A stretch of 63,755 nt of DNA, counting the filler, from Octopus bimaculoides (taxonomy: Eukaryota): NCBI RefSeq assembly GCF_001194135.2. It is 5 parts of 5 records of this genome, joined end to end, with 100 filler letters (N's around TTAATTAATTAA, not from the genome) between each part and the next. Parts side by side here need not be neighbours in the genome. Positions count along the whole stretch, not along the records: positions 1 to 31,604 come from NC_068981.1; positions 31,705 to 38,930 come from NC_068986.1; 3 more parts are not named here. The stretch is one strand, 5' to 3'. Shown here piece by piece: positions 24,191 through 36,486 of the stretch. The notes below the pieces were generated by a model. That model was not told the DNA's origin and ran no database searches. It saw nothing but the letters and a program-made list of their open reading frames with translations. The first letter of the stretch is position 1, and each line of letters opens with the position of its first letter. Made by a program: the position numbers and the translations under genes.

Positions 24191-27071
24191 ATGATACCTA
24201 ATGATATGTGTATATAGGCATAATTCTATATATCTTGCAAACGGACGATGGTAGAGAAAAAAATAAACAGGTTTATGGAATCAGCAGAAAATTCTACATT
24301 CAAATCACTTAAAACAATAAGACAACCAAAACTTTTGTGGTAATTTGTAACCCAGTGTTATTTTTGGTTGAAGTCAATATTTGATATTTTTTGAAACAGT
24401 TCTGGCGTAGATTAATTTATCGTTCTAACGGAATATTTAGAAACTGTACTGGTGCTGTGAGTAGCTCTTCGTATAATGATTTTATAACACTGTAAATAAA
24501 TGTCCTCAAACCCACTTATATAAAAACTGATATCATAAACTGTTCAACAATTATTTATATAATCATTCGAGTTGCATAGAAAACATGCCATTTCTATAAA
24601 CAGAAGAGGATAACAGCAAAAATAAATGAACGCTCTCAGTCAAATGCACATGTAACAGTCACCTAACAATGATACAAACTTTGTTTTAATGGTTGTTATC
24701 TCACTATGTCACTAGTCCCTCGAAACAAGCTACTTTCGTTAGAAGGAGACTGGGGAAATTTACATAGGTTTTATCTACTCTCAAGACGTAATATAATTAC
24801 GAAATAGACACACTTAAGCCGAAGTATGAACTTATATGTACGTTGTCAAAATGCAAATGAACACGTAATAAGGAATGAATCGAAGCAATATTTCGCTGAT
24901 CGTTGTCGGAACGCCATGAATTTCCGTTTATTTTAATATGTATGCTTCCTTTGTCTCATAGCTTATATTGTATTATCTCTTAAGTCATGATGTAAATATA
25001 TATAAAAATAAAAGTAAATATTGAAAAACTTTGGTAATTTTCGAACAGAGCCATAGTAATGAGCTATTTACGAAATATTTATTATTAAAATATGTAGCAT
25101 CTTGCCTTTAATTTCAAATAACTAATATGTGGAGAACTTGTTACACAGTTTACATTCACATGTTTCCTAACATACTTTAATATTTTTACTCTCTTTAAAC
25201 AATCTGTTTATACCACTTTATCAAAACAGTGTACAATTATGAGAAAATGTCGATGTTTTGGTTTGGCACCATTGATGACCCTAACATAAACTCGTATATA
25301 TGTTTTACATACATATGCATGGTAGTTATACCAATTTTGTACAGTTAAGATGTCCTTATTTTTTCTCATTTAAATTTTATGGCTTTATTTGTTTTCAAAA
25401 AAATCGCATTATATTCAGTTTTGAATTCAAGTTGATACAATTTATTCAAATATACCGCACATTGAGAATAACATTTGCACACGAAATACCATGAGTGTGT
25501 ACGTGTGTATTTGTGTCTGTATGCATATTTGTTTATATATATATGCTTGTATGTCTATACCTATATGAAACTATTATACCTTTCATTATCCTATTGATTT
25601 GTGCTCGTGTGTTAGGTGCTGCGTATGTGTGTTTATATGTAAATAATATGATTAAAATATATGCTGCACTTCCAAAACAAATGCTATTTTATATATATTT
25701 TTTTCTTTTCTTAGAAGGAAAAAGAGCTTTCAACTAAAGTATGTTTATGCATCATTGTGTACACTCTCACCTTATCTATAGCCATCATCATTTGTGAGTA
25801 TATTAATGTTTTGCAATTCAATCGATTTTATGGTTTAGTAGGCCGTGGTAATGATTGCACGATATATATACACTAACCAAAACATCGCTTGTGAGTTGTA
25901 AACGACAGTCATTTAAGATATGTTAGATACAGGGGGATCGTATGCGATATTCTTTGAAAAAATATAACTATCGTTGAGTGGGTCAGAAATTAAATAACTA
26001 TTTACTGGTCCTCACTGAAGGAATATTTGTACCCATTATTATTTGTTATATTATTAACTAGGGTACATCAAATTATCTACACTTACTTAGAAATTAATTC
26101 GTTTTATAAATTATTGGTGCATGATTTTGAGACACATTTGTAGAAAAATTACAGAATACTTTACATCAGTGTTCTTTCAAACAGTCTATTCAGAAAAAAA
26201 AATATATAAACCAGGATATATACTATTTTAAAGAGTATCTTTGAATCAACTACAATTGATTCCAAGATACACTTTCTGAAAAGCTCCTTATCAAGTAAGT
26301 AAAGAATGCAACATATACTTGGTTGTTCTTGTTTAAGATTGCACAATATATACACTAATGACATATACTGTAGTGTCTAACAAGGCAATATTGATAAAAA
26401 CAATTTTGACACTAGTATACAATTAGCAGATTAAACATATAACCCTGAAACTGGTGGGGTAACTCTCATCAACCATGGAAAGTTAGAAGCAATATCAATC
26501 CAGATTCGCCTAGAACTCACGCGGCAGTGAAATGAAAACTATATAATGCAGAGCATTTATTTCAAAGCTGCACCATCGGAGCGAACTGAACACTAAGCAT
26601 ATATTTAGCAACATTCCTGAGAACTTACAATTAATGCCATCTTAGTTCATAAAATATAAACCCAGTGATAAATTGTCATACATAAAATTGATGGTAACTG
26701 TTATAGCATTTCTTTTCATTGAGGCGATTTATCGCTTAAAAACATCATGTTATAAAGTTTTTATGGAATTGGTGTTAATGGTTTCACTAATTTCTATGAG
26801 GAAACCAGTGGAGCTCTCACTGATTTATATGAGGAAACATACAGAGTTTTCCGCACTTTGAAGAAACCACTTCAATGCTCTCACAGAATATCCGATATAG
26901 ATGATTGTTGCTTGGAAAACAATATATTCAGTTATTTAGTTTCACCAGCTGCGATTTTCCATTAGCTAAAATAGAAAGCGTTTACGAAAACATAGGAATA
27001 TGCAACATATAAAGCAACAAATCCTTGTCTCAAATTCACATCTACAATCAGCGTATATATATACTTTTTCT

Positions 27072-27108
<37 letters not shown>

Positions 27109-27744
27109 GGCGTATATATATTCTTTTTGTTGTATATTCTTTTGTGCTATAGATCAATAATTCGCATCAAATGCGGTACTTCTGTCAGCATTTCGCTTTT
27201 TCTGTAATTGTAAATCTTTGGCAGAGCTTCTTCGTTTCCTTTACTTTGAAACCATTCAGCATTTACACTCATTTTGATCTCTTCTTCCTAACACTGTATA
27301 TTCCTTCTCGTAACTCACTTACACTCTGCCCAGCCTGCTATCTATTTATCTACTCTCTATTGTATAAGCATATCTATCTATCTATCCATTTATCTATCTA
27401 TAGCTATCTATCTATTTATATATCTATTTACATTTGTATGTATGAATACATACATGTATATATACGCATGTATGTGTGTGTGCTTGTGTGTGTGTTTCTG
27501 CACATTGAAGAATGTGCAAAAGTGTATATATGAATGAGTGAGTTAATAGCCAACTTAGGTATATGACAGTTTAAGCAATTCGTATGTCCTTCTTTAAATA
27601 TACTTCGGTTTTGCATGCCATTGCGCCGATATCTAGAACTGTTTCGTTCCAGATTTTAATTGATAATCACACGATGCAATTATTGTCTGTATAAATCAAT
27701 AATGTATTGCTACTTCTTATAATAATAATCATTATTATTATCAT

Positions 27745-27952
27745 TTCTACTGAAGGCACAAAGCCTGAAATTTTGGGGGAGTGGCTAGTCGATTATGTCG
27801 ACCTCGGTACATAACTGATACTTATTTCATCGACCCAGAAAGAATGAAAGGCAAAGGCGACCACGGTACAATTTGAACTCAGAACGTAAAGATGGACGAA
27901 ATGCTGTTAAGCACCTTGCCCGTTATGCTACTGATTCCGCCATTTCGCTGCC

Positions 27953-27954
<2 letters not shown>
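27745..27954 (-). mobile_element. tRNA-derived SINE family 1, full length
   Basis: Reverse complement begins AAGGCAGCGAAATGGCGGAATCAGTAGC (A-box-like), contains TTCTGAGTTCAAAT (B-box-like) and ends ...GTGCCTTCAGTAGAAA. Confidence 0.85.
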
Positions 27955-28004
<50 letters not shown>

Positions 28005-28009
28005 TAATA

Positions 28010-29584
28010 ATGAAATTCGGATATGAAATTCGGATTAGAAAGATGTGCCAAAGCATACCTGAAAAGAGGAAAATTAGATAAAAGTAGCAATATAACACTA
28101 GATAAAGCCAATGAAATAAGAGAACTAGATGAAAGCCAACCATACAAATATTTATGAGTCAATGAACTAGATAGGATACAACATACACAAATGAAAGAAA
28201 AAATAAAGAAAGAGTACTATAGACGAGTTAGATCAATACTAAAAGCAGAGCTCAATGCTAAAAACAAGATAATGGGTATCAACACTTTAGCTGTCCCAGT
28301 TATAAGCTACAGCTACAACATCCTCTACTGGACACTAAAAGAACTATCTAAAATAGACAGGAAAACAAGAAAAATAATGACAGGATATAGGATACACCAC
28401 CCAAAATCTGACATAGAAAGGCTNNNNNNNNNNNNNNNNNNNNNNNNNNNNNNNNNNNNNNNNNNNNNNNNNNNNNNNNNNNNNNNNNNNNNNNNNNNNN
28501 NNNNNNNNNNNNNNNNNNNNNNNNNNNNNNNNNNNNNNNNNNNNNNNNNNNNNNNNNNNNNNNNNNNNNNNNNNNNNNNNNNNNNNNNNNNNNNNNNNNN
28601 NNNNNNNNNNNNNNNNNNNNNNNNNNNNNNNNNNNNNNNNNNNNNNNNNNNNNNNNNNNNNNNNNNNNNNNNNNNNNNNNNNNNNNNNNNNNNNNNNNNN
28701 NNNNNNNNNNNNNNNNNNNNNNNNNNNNNNNNNNNNNNNNNNNNNNNNNNNNNNNNNNNNNNNNNNNNNNNNNNNNNNNNNNNNNNNNNNNNNNNNNNNN
28801 NNNNNNNNNNNNNNNNNNNNNNNNNNNNNNNNNNNNNNNNNNNNNNNNNNNNNNNNNNNNNNNNNNNNNNNNNNNNNNNNNNNNNNNNNNNNNNNNNNNN
28901 NNNNNNNNNNNNNNNNNNNNNNNNNNNNNNNNNNNNNNNNNNNNNNNNNNNNNNNNNNNNNNNNNNNNNNNNNNNNNNNNNNNNNNNNNNNNNNNNNNNN
29001 NNNNNNNNNNNNNNNNNNNNNNNNNNNNNNNNNNNNNNNNNNNNNNNNNNNNNNNNNNNNNNNNNNNNNNNNNNNNNNNNNNNNNGGTATTAACACACGA
29101 CAGAAAAGATCACAGAAAATGAGAAAGCAACCATACTCTGGGATATGCCAATACACACAGATAGAGAAATTAAGGCAAATAGACCAGATATAGTTGTCAA
29201 AGATCATGAAGAAGAAAAATGCTTTCTAATTGATGTACCAATACCAGCAGATGACAACGTTTCTCTAAAAGAATTGGAAAAACTTTCAAAATACAAAGAC
29301 CTGGAAGTAGAGGTAACTCGAATGTGGAATCTAAAAACAGAAACAATTCCTATCATAGTAAGTGCCTTAGGTATAATAAAAAAAATATTCAGACAAATAC
29401 ATAACAGAAACACCAAGACTTACAAATATATATAACATACTACTGTGCACTGCACACATCGTACGCAAAACACTTTCAATACAGTAACCATAAAAGCACC
29501 ACAGCAAACCACAGCACATACCCAAGGCACACAGAGCTGCGCTCGGTAGTGAAGTGAAAGCACGTTATAAAAATAAAACTACTG
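28010..29584 (+). mobile_element. 5'-truncated R4/Dong-clade non-LTR retrotransposon (family A), RT 3' part to 3' UTR, internal gap 28424-29085
   Basis: MKFGLERCAKAYLKRGK...MKEKIKKEYYRRVRSILKAELNAKNKIMGINTLAVPVISYS...HHPKSDIER (RT/thumb), then [55 protein letters not shown] (PD..D restriction-like endonuclease). Flanked on both sides by (AAT)n (27955-28009 and 29585-29676). Confidence 0.9.
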
Positions 29585-29587
29585 AAC

Positions 29588-29675
<88 letters not shown>

Positions 29676-29677
<2 letters not shown>

Positions 29678-29870
29678 CCTTTGTACTGGAAGCACGAGCC
29701 CTCAATTTTGGGGGAAGAGATTAAGTCGATTACATCAACCCCAGTGCGTAACTGGTACTTATCTAACCGACTCCGAAAGAATGATAGGCAAAGTGGACTT
29801 AGGCGGAATTTGAACTCAGAACTTAGCGGCAAACGAAATACCATTAAGCATTTCGTCCGTCGTGCTACCG
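29676..29870 (-). mobile_element. tRNA-derived SINE family 1
   Basis: Reverse complement of the family core; its 3' end runs into the (ATT)n array. Confidence 0.85.
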
Positions 29871-29926
29871 AATACAACGCAAATACAAACGACGCTCGTG
29901 ACAATGTGGCAAGACTGATCTATTAC

Positions 29927-30150
29927 TGGCAGAAAGGTTAGCACGCTGGGCGAAATGCTTAGCGTTATTTCGTCTGCCGTTACGTTCTGAGTTCAAATTC
30001 CGCCGACGTCGACTTTGCCTTTCATCCTTTCGGGAACGATAAATTAAGTACCAGTCACGGACTGGGGTCGATGTAATCGACTTAATCTGTTTTTTCTGTC
30101 CTTGTTTGTCCCCTGTATGTTTAGCTCTTTGTGGGCAATAAAAAAATAAG
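29927..30150 (+). mobile_element. tRNA-derived SINE family 1 (alternative 3' module)
   Basis: CTGGCAGAAAGGTTAGCACGCTGGGCGAAATGC...TTCTGAGTTCAAATTCCGCC...TTAATCTG...GTGGGCAATAAAAAAATAAG. Confidence 0.85.
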
Positions 30151-30179
30151 TATGATCCATTAGGAGCTCTGTGGAAATC

Positions 30180-30420
30180 ACAGCTTATAAGGAGCAAACA
30201 CGTGGTATGAGCAAACTCCAGAAAGAGTCACCGAAGATGAGAATAACAAAATCATGTGGGATGCAATGACGCAGTGTGATCACCTAACCAGACATAGGAA
30301 GCCGGATATTGTTTTAGTGAATAAAAACAAAGAACATGTATGATAAACGACGCAGCATACCCCGGTGACAACAGGATCAATGTGAAAGAGGAAGAAAACG
30401 TAAACAATTATGGCGATCTA
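30180..30420 (+). mobile_element. Restriction-like endonuclease fragment of a third R4-type lineage
   Basis: Reads WYEQTPERVTEDENNKIMWDAMTQCDHLTRHRKPDIVLVNKNKEHV*...YPGDNRINVKEEENVNNYGDL. Confidence 0.7.
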
Positions 30421-30612
30421 GAAAAACCCACTTCCTTAGAAAAACCCTACCAGCTTAAATGTATGTACTGTATTACATGAAGATTTTTGCTACTGCCCTT
30501 GTCACTTTCCCTTCACAATCTTTCAGTCATACCGTAATATCTCTTAATCCTCCATTCGACCTAGGACGCAAACGAGTGATTATAACAAACATGCAGATTA
30601 AAAGTAAAGGAC

Positions 30613-30701
<89 letters not shown>

Positions 30702-30702
<1 letters not shown>

Positions 30703-31604
30703 GAAATTTATCTCTATTTTTTCCAAATATAATGATGTATTTTAACTTGATACCTCCACTACCCGCACAGCGATCGTAAACACACGTGTTACATCAAAAT
30801 CAGACCATCTTCGAACCCCAAAGCACCATGTACAAAAAAATTACAAACAGATTAAATAACACCGGCATTATTCCGCCCAAGAATAACAACCGAGACGTAC
30901 GTACTGTAAGCTTGTTACGAAAAAAGTACGAAGATATGAACGTGCAAAACAATCTAACAACAGAAATAAACGAACCGGTACCCTACAAAAACGATGACCG
31001 TCAAAATAAAGGGCCGGACGTTGTTCCTCATGTCCCGCAAACAAAACCAAAACGGCATAAATGGACACGTGAGGAACACATTTCGATCCAACACGCCTAT
31101 TTCACAGCAGTGAAAACGCAAACGAAAACGCAACAACACATACATATAAAATATGGAAGAAAAATAATGTAAAGATAGACCTCGATAAAACAATGAACCC
31201 TAACAAACTAGCTAACATAAGAAGATATATTCTAAAAGCAAAAAACTATCTGAAATAGAAATAGAACAATTGAAAGAAAAAATACATCAGGAAAATCTAG
31301 ATAGTAGTCACACAGCAATGCCAAATAATAATATAAACACTGAGAAAGCAAAACACGAGGACAAACGTAACATTTCCGGCAAAAACGAAGTAAACAAAAA
31401 AGAACAAACCCAGACCGTAGAGATGTATAATAGTGTACAAAAAGCACCAATCCAGAACACCACAGACAAACATATGAATGAAAAGGAAGGTAAAACAAAT
31501 ATAAAGCCTGGAAATAACGAAGGGAAACCTAATAATTACGATACTATGAAAATGAAAATAACCAAAGAACTGAAAACCACAGATCTTAGAATGGACCACA
31601 GATT
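30702..31604 (+). mobile_element. Probable 5' end of a full-length R4/Dong element: 5' UTR and ORF N-terminus with Myb-like motif, cut off by a scaffold linker
   Basis: Directly follows (AAT)n 30613-30701. Frameshifted ORF contains KPKRHKWTREEHISIQHAYFTA...TYKIWKKNN...MNPNKLANIRRYILK, resembling the KWTxEE..Y....W....RLADQxRxI N-terminal domain of R4-clade proteins. Confidence 0.65.
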
Positions 31605-31704
31605 NNNNNNNNNNNNNNNNNNNNNNNNNNNNNNNNNNNNNNNNNNNNTTAATTAATTAANNNNNNNNNNNNNNNNNNNNNNNNNNNNNNNNNNNNNNNN
31701 NNNN
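31605..31704. other. Artificial 100-bp scaffold linker N44-TTAATTAATTAA-N44 (also 38931-39030, 46934-47033, 62238-62337)
   Basis: Identical 44+12+44 layout at all four sites. Confidence 0.95.
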
Positions 31705-31844
31705 CACACACACACATATGTATGTATATATATTCTTTTATTCTTTTATACGTTTCAGCCCAATGGCTGTGGCCATACTGGAGCGCCGCCAGTATAATCA
31801 CCATTTTGAACGGCCATTCTTATGCAGCTGGTTTCATTTTGTGG

Positions 31845-32250
31845 TTTCTGCGTTTTGTGTGCGATTATATTTTTAAAATTAGTAATTGAGCTGAAATTGA
31901 TTTTTAAGTTATGTCTATTGAAGAGCTTTCTGTAACTATGGTTGACTGGAAAATGTCTACCTATCAGTACTAAGAAATATTTACCTATATTAAAGGTCAC
32001 TTCGAGTGAGTAGGAGTGTGTTTCCTTTTCTTTGTTATTGGACTGGTGACAGGTGTGTATAGGTTACTTCCTTGCTAAAACCACTATCTTTTAGAGCCTT
32101 ATTATATACTGGGGCAACGCTATTAAAAGTGTCCCTATCGGAGGAGAGGCTAGAAATTCTTTTGCTAATGTTTTTAACTAATTTTTTAAGCACTATTGGG
32201 GGATGGCAGGAACCCACGTTAATATGTATAGTAAGAAAAGGGGGGAGGAG
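31845..32250 (-). mobile_element. Penelope-like element, RT thumb/linker fragment
   Basis: INVGSCHPPIVLKKLVKNISKRISSLSSDRDTFNSVAPVYNKALKDSGF, then NIGKYFLVLIGRHFPVNHSYRKLFNRHNLKINFSSITNFKNII. Matches the HPP..K...ISKRIS.LSS / NIGK.FL.LI.KHFP motifs of Penelope-group RTs. Confidence 0.8.
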
Positions 32251-32374
32251 AATTTCGATTATCCCCACGAGGTGAGTTGTAATGCAAAATATATATATAT
32301 AAAATAAAAGAAGGAAACTCCACAGTGTTTACATAGTTTTAATATATTTTTTGATAGATTTCATAAGTGAAAGA

Positions 32375-32590
32375 GTATTGTGTTTGTCGACCGGTTTCGC
32401 TAATCATGACAATGAAATTATTGTAAATTCGTATTTTCTTAAGATTTTAGTCCATGTTCTTGGAAGTAAGTTAGTGAATGATTCATTTACAGACTTCCTT
32501 CCAAGAACATGGACTAAAATCTTCTTAAGAAAATACGAAATTACAATAATTTCATTGTCATGATTAGCGAAACCGGTCGACAAACACAAT

Positions 32591-32592
<2 letters not shown>
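32375..32592. repeat. 218-bp near-perfect palindrome (arms 107 and 110 bp, 1-nt centre at 32482)
   Basis: By hand alignment the left arm equals the reverse complement of the right arm except for 5 substitutions and one 3-bp indel. The ORF track shows matching translations on both strands. Confidence 0.95.
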
Positions 32593-32629
<37 letters not shown>

Positions 32630-32656
32630 CATATATATACATATACATATATATAT

Positions 32657-32709
<53 letters not shown>

Positions 32710-33537
32710 AGTACAAGCAACCATTACTTTCTAGCAAACACTGGTAACATGTATCACGGTTTGGTACAAAAAGAAACAAAGCAAAAAGACACAGCGACGT
32801 TCAGGAAAACAGGAAGAAGTGTTTAATGTTCCGAGCATACGCTCGTCTACGGAATGGATAGGCTAGTGGAGAGAAAAATAAAGAGATGCTTCAGTATTTT
32901 GTATTGAGTGTCTGCTTAGACAGGAACTGAACCCATGAGTCAAATTTCCAAATCGTGAAACCACATAACTGTTCTATGCACGTGCACGTGTATTTATATA
33001 TANNNNNNNNNNNNNNNNNNNNNNNNNNNNNNNNNNNNNNNNNNNNNNNNNNNNNNNNNNNNNNNNNNNNNNNNNNNNNNNNNNNNNNNNNNNNNNNNNN
33101 NNNNNNNNNNNNNNNNNNNNNNNNNNNNNNNNNNNNNNNNNNNNNNNNNNNNNNNNNNNNNNNNNNNNNNNNNNNNNNNNNNNNNNNNNNNNNNNNNNNN
33201 NNNNNNNNNNNNNNNNNNNNNNNNNNNNNNNNNNNNNNNNNNNNNNNNNNNNNNNNNNNNNNNNNNNNNNNNNNNNNNNNNNNNNNNNNNNNNNNNNNNN
33301 NNNNNNNNNNNNNNNNNNNNNNNNNNNNNNNNNNNNNNNNNNNNNNNNNNNNNNNNNNNNNNNNNNNNNNNNNNNNNNNNNNNNNNNNNNNNNNNNNNNN
33401 NNNNNNNNNNNNNNNNNNNNNNNNNNNNNNNNNNNNNNNNNNNNNNNNNNNNNNNNNNNNNNNNNNNNNNNNNNNNNNNNNNNNNNNNNNNNNNNNNNNN
33501 NNNNNNNNNNNNNNNNNNNNNNNNNNNNNNNNNNNNN

Positions 33538-33596
<59 letters not shown>

Positions 33597-34338
33597 TACA
33601 AATAAAGCTATATGAAAACGATAACAGAAGCAAACGGTATATAAAGACAGAGCACACCTTATTCAAACTGTTATCATTCAAAAGCTATGTTGTCTTCCTT
33701 TGCTTTCTTATTTGTTAGAAATATTCAGCTACAAACACAATCAAATCCCAAAGAATATAAGCCCATTAGGTTTACTGTTGTATGAATGGAGTAAAAGCCA
33801 CGATAAACGCACACACACACACACAGATACACACACACGAGCGCGCGCGCACATACGTTATCATAGTTTGATAGCCACGCTGTTTGGCTTATGTTCTGTA
33901 TTTGGCGAGTTGTTCCATGTGAACAGGCATTGGTGATTGGTTGTTTCCATGAATATAGATAGGAAGAGTACAGAGAAATAACACACACGCGCAAGCATAC
34001 ACACACACGCACACATATATTCATTCAAACATACATATGTACATACATACATAAATACATACATAAATATACATACATTGCACACACACACACACAACTA
34101 ATATTTATATGTATGTGTTGTGCGTATGTAGGGTGTGTATGTAAATATGTATATATATGTACGCGCACATACACACACATACACGTATATAAATGCATAT
34201 GTACATTTATATATACACATTTATATACATATTGATGCATACACACATATATATTAAATACCTATACATTCATATATATTATTATACACGTCTGTAAGCC
34301 AGTTACAAGCGCGCGCACATACAGACACACACACAGGC

Positions 34339-34379
<41 letters not shown>

Positions 34380-34397
34380 TGCACAGGCACACGTACG

Positions 34398-34435
<38 letters not shown>

Positions 34436-34685
34436 CATCATATTTAGTGTATCTATATAATGTATGTACAGACAAAAGAAAGAAGATAAATGTAACCGGT
34501 AATTCTGATTGCAGCCATGACAATTTGCTGTGATAGCTAAAGAATCGATTATATATATTAACGGAGGGAAGTTTAGAAACCAATGAATTGTTCATATATT
34601 GTTTTTGTACGAAATGAGTGAAAGCATGTGGAAGTAATATTTCTATACAAGGAAAATAGACACAGAAACTGTTTGATATTCAAAC

Positions 34686-34872
34686 TGGCACTCCGTCGGT
34701 TACGACGACGAGAGTGTCATTTGATCTGACCAACGGAACAGCCTGCTCGTGAAAGAGCGACAAGTCTGCTCTTTGAAATACATGTACAAATCATTTCTGC
34801 CAGCCGAGTGCACTGGAGCAAGTAAAGTGTCTTGCTTAAGGATGCAACGCGTCGCCGGGAATCGAACTCACA
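34686..34872 (-). mobile_element. tRNA-derived SINE family 3, internally deleted
   Basis: Reverse complement GTGAGTTCGATTCCCGGCGACGCGTTGCATCCTTAAGCAAGACACTTTACTTGCTCCAGTGCACTCGGCTG: B-box followed by a CTTRAGCAAGACACTT..TTGCTCCAG central domain of the kind shared by invertebrate SINE superfamilies. Confidence 0.65.
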
Positions 34873-36486
34873 ATTTGTTTTATTTCAATTTAGCTTTGAT
34901 AGAGCAGGTTTATGTTTTATCATCTATCTCTTATTGGCTTGTTATTTGTTTCTCCGGACATAGTGTCTAAGTAAACGTTATCGAATGAATCTTTCCTCCG
35001 TGAAATGGAATGATGTGATTTGGACTGATGAAGTCGTACTGTTATTGTTTGTTATAGTACTGTTGGTGATAGTCGTATTGAAGTTTTTGTGGTTGTTATT
35101 TAACCCGAGGTCAATTTTCATTCAGTAGACCTATATTTAAACAAAGGCATTCTACCAGTGATTATCATACTTTTTCACTACTTTTGCAGATATAATATTT
35201 CGAAGTAGTCCATTGATAAATAGACTGTGTGGTTAAGAAGTGCTCTTTACTACTACATTACGCTGCGTTCGATCCCGCTGCTAGGAACCTTAGGCAAATG
35301 TGTTTTTTCATATCCTCTGATTGACCCGTCCTTTACAAGAAGAACACGTAGGCGGATGCTGCTCAGACGTTGGTCGAACGTATGTATGTATGTATGCATG
35401 TATGTACATATGTATGTATGTATATATGTATGTATGTAAGTATGCATGTGTGTATGTATGCATGTAGTACATACGAATATATGTATGCAAGTATATATGG
35501 GTATGTATGTCTGTACATACGGGCGTATGCTCACACACACACACGTACTGGTATCGACTTTGCATTAGTTAAGATATCGTTACTCACTGTTTCATGCCGT
35601 AGTTATAAATCTGAGCAATTAACTGACAGTTTTTATATGTGTTCTCCAGACATGGAGGGCTAGACTCATAAGGATCTTTTCATGGAGCTCCTTTATTTTT
35701 TGGTAAATGAATTGCATCTGTTTGTACTATTTCTATTGAGTTTTGCTTCGCTCTGGGATCTTCCACTAATTGTCGAAACCAGTGTTATGCTCTTTATGTG
35801 CTTTATATAGTTTGACAAAGTTGTGTTCGTCTCTTCAGTGTGCCTCTTTAAAGGAACTTTGATTAAAATAGCGTTTTTGAGTTTGCTCTATAATTTCTGA
35901 ATGGTGTTTTAAAAAAAAGAGGTTGCGAATCACATAATGTTGCAATGTCTATTTTTAGTGTAGGATAGAAGGTTGGGGTTATAAGTAACTTTGACTTTGG
36001 AATTGTCGTTTGTTTCAACATTATTGTAATACTGGTCCAACAGTACCACCACGGCTATACTGACAATAACCCCCCACCCACCCACCACGACCACCAACAT
36101 AATGTCTACAAATAATACCGCGCAATCATGACGGACATCAACATCCCTTGCCTCTATTCTTTTATGTGATATGATGTACATATGCGTGTGTGTAAATATA
36201 TGTATGTATATGTGTGAGTGCGTGTGTGGCGTTCGTGTCCATCTGAGTTTATGTTGATGTTTCGACTTATTCTCTAAAAAATGGAATTTGCTGCCCGGGC
36301 GGTTTGACAGAGATCGATAAGATAAACATCAAGCTGATATGATCGGGGTCGATATGATCGGCTAAAACAGTTAGATGCAGTGCCCCAGCAAAGCTGCAAT
36401 CATTCATACATACGAACATACATATATACATACATACGTACTTACATACGTACATACATACATACATACATACATACATACATACA

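Noticed and set aside
34990-35035. KWNDVIWTDE, resembling the first catalytic Asp motif of Tc1 transposases
   Set aside because: Only ~10 codons, with no flanking similarity or TIRs.
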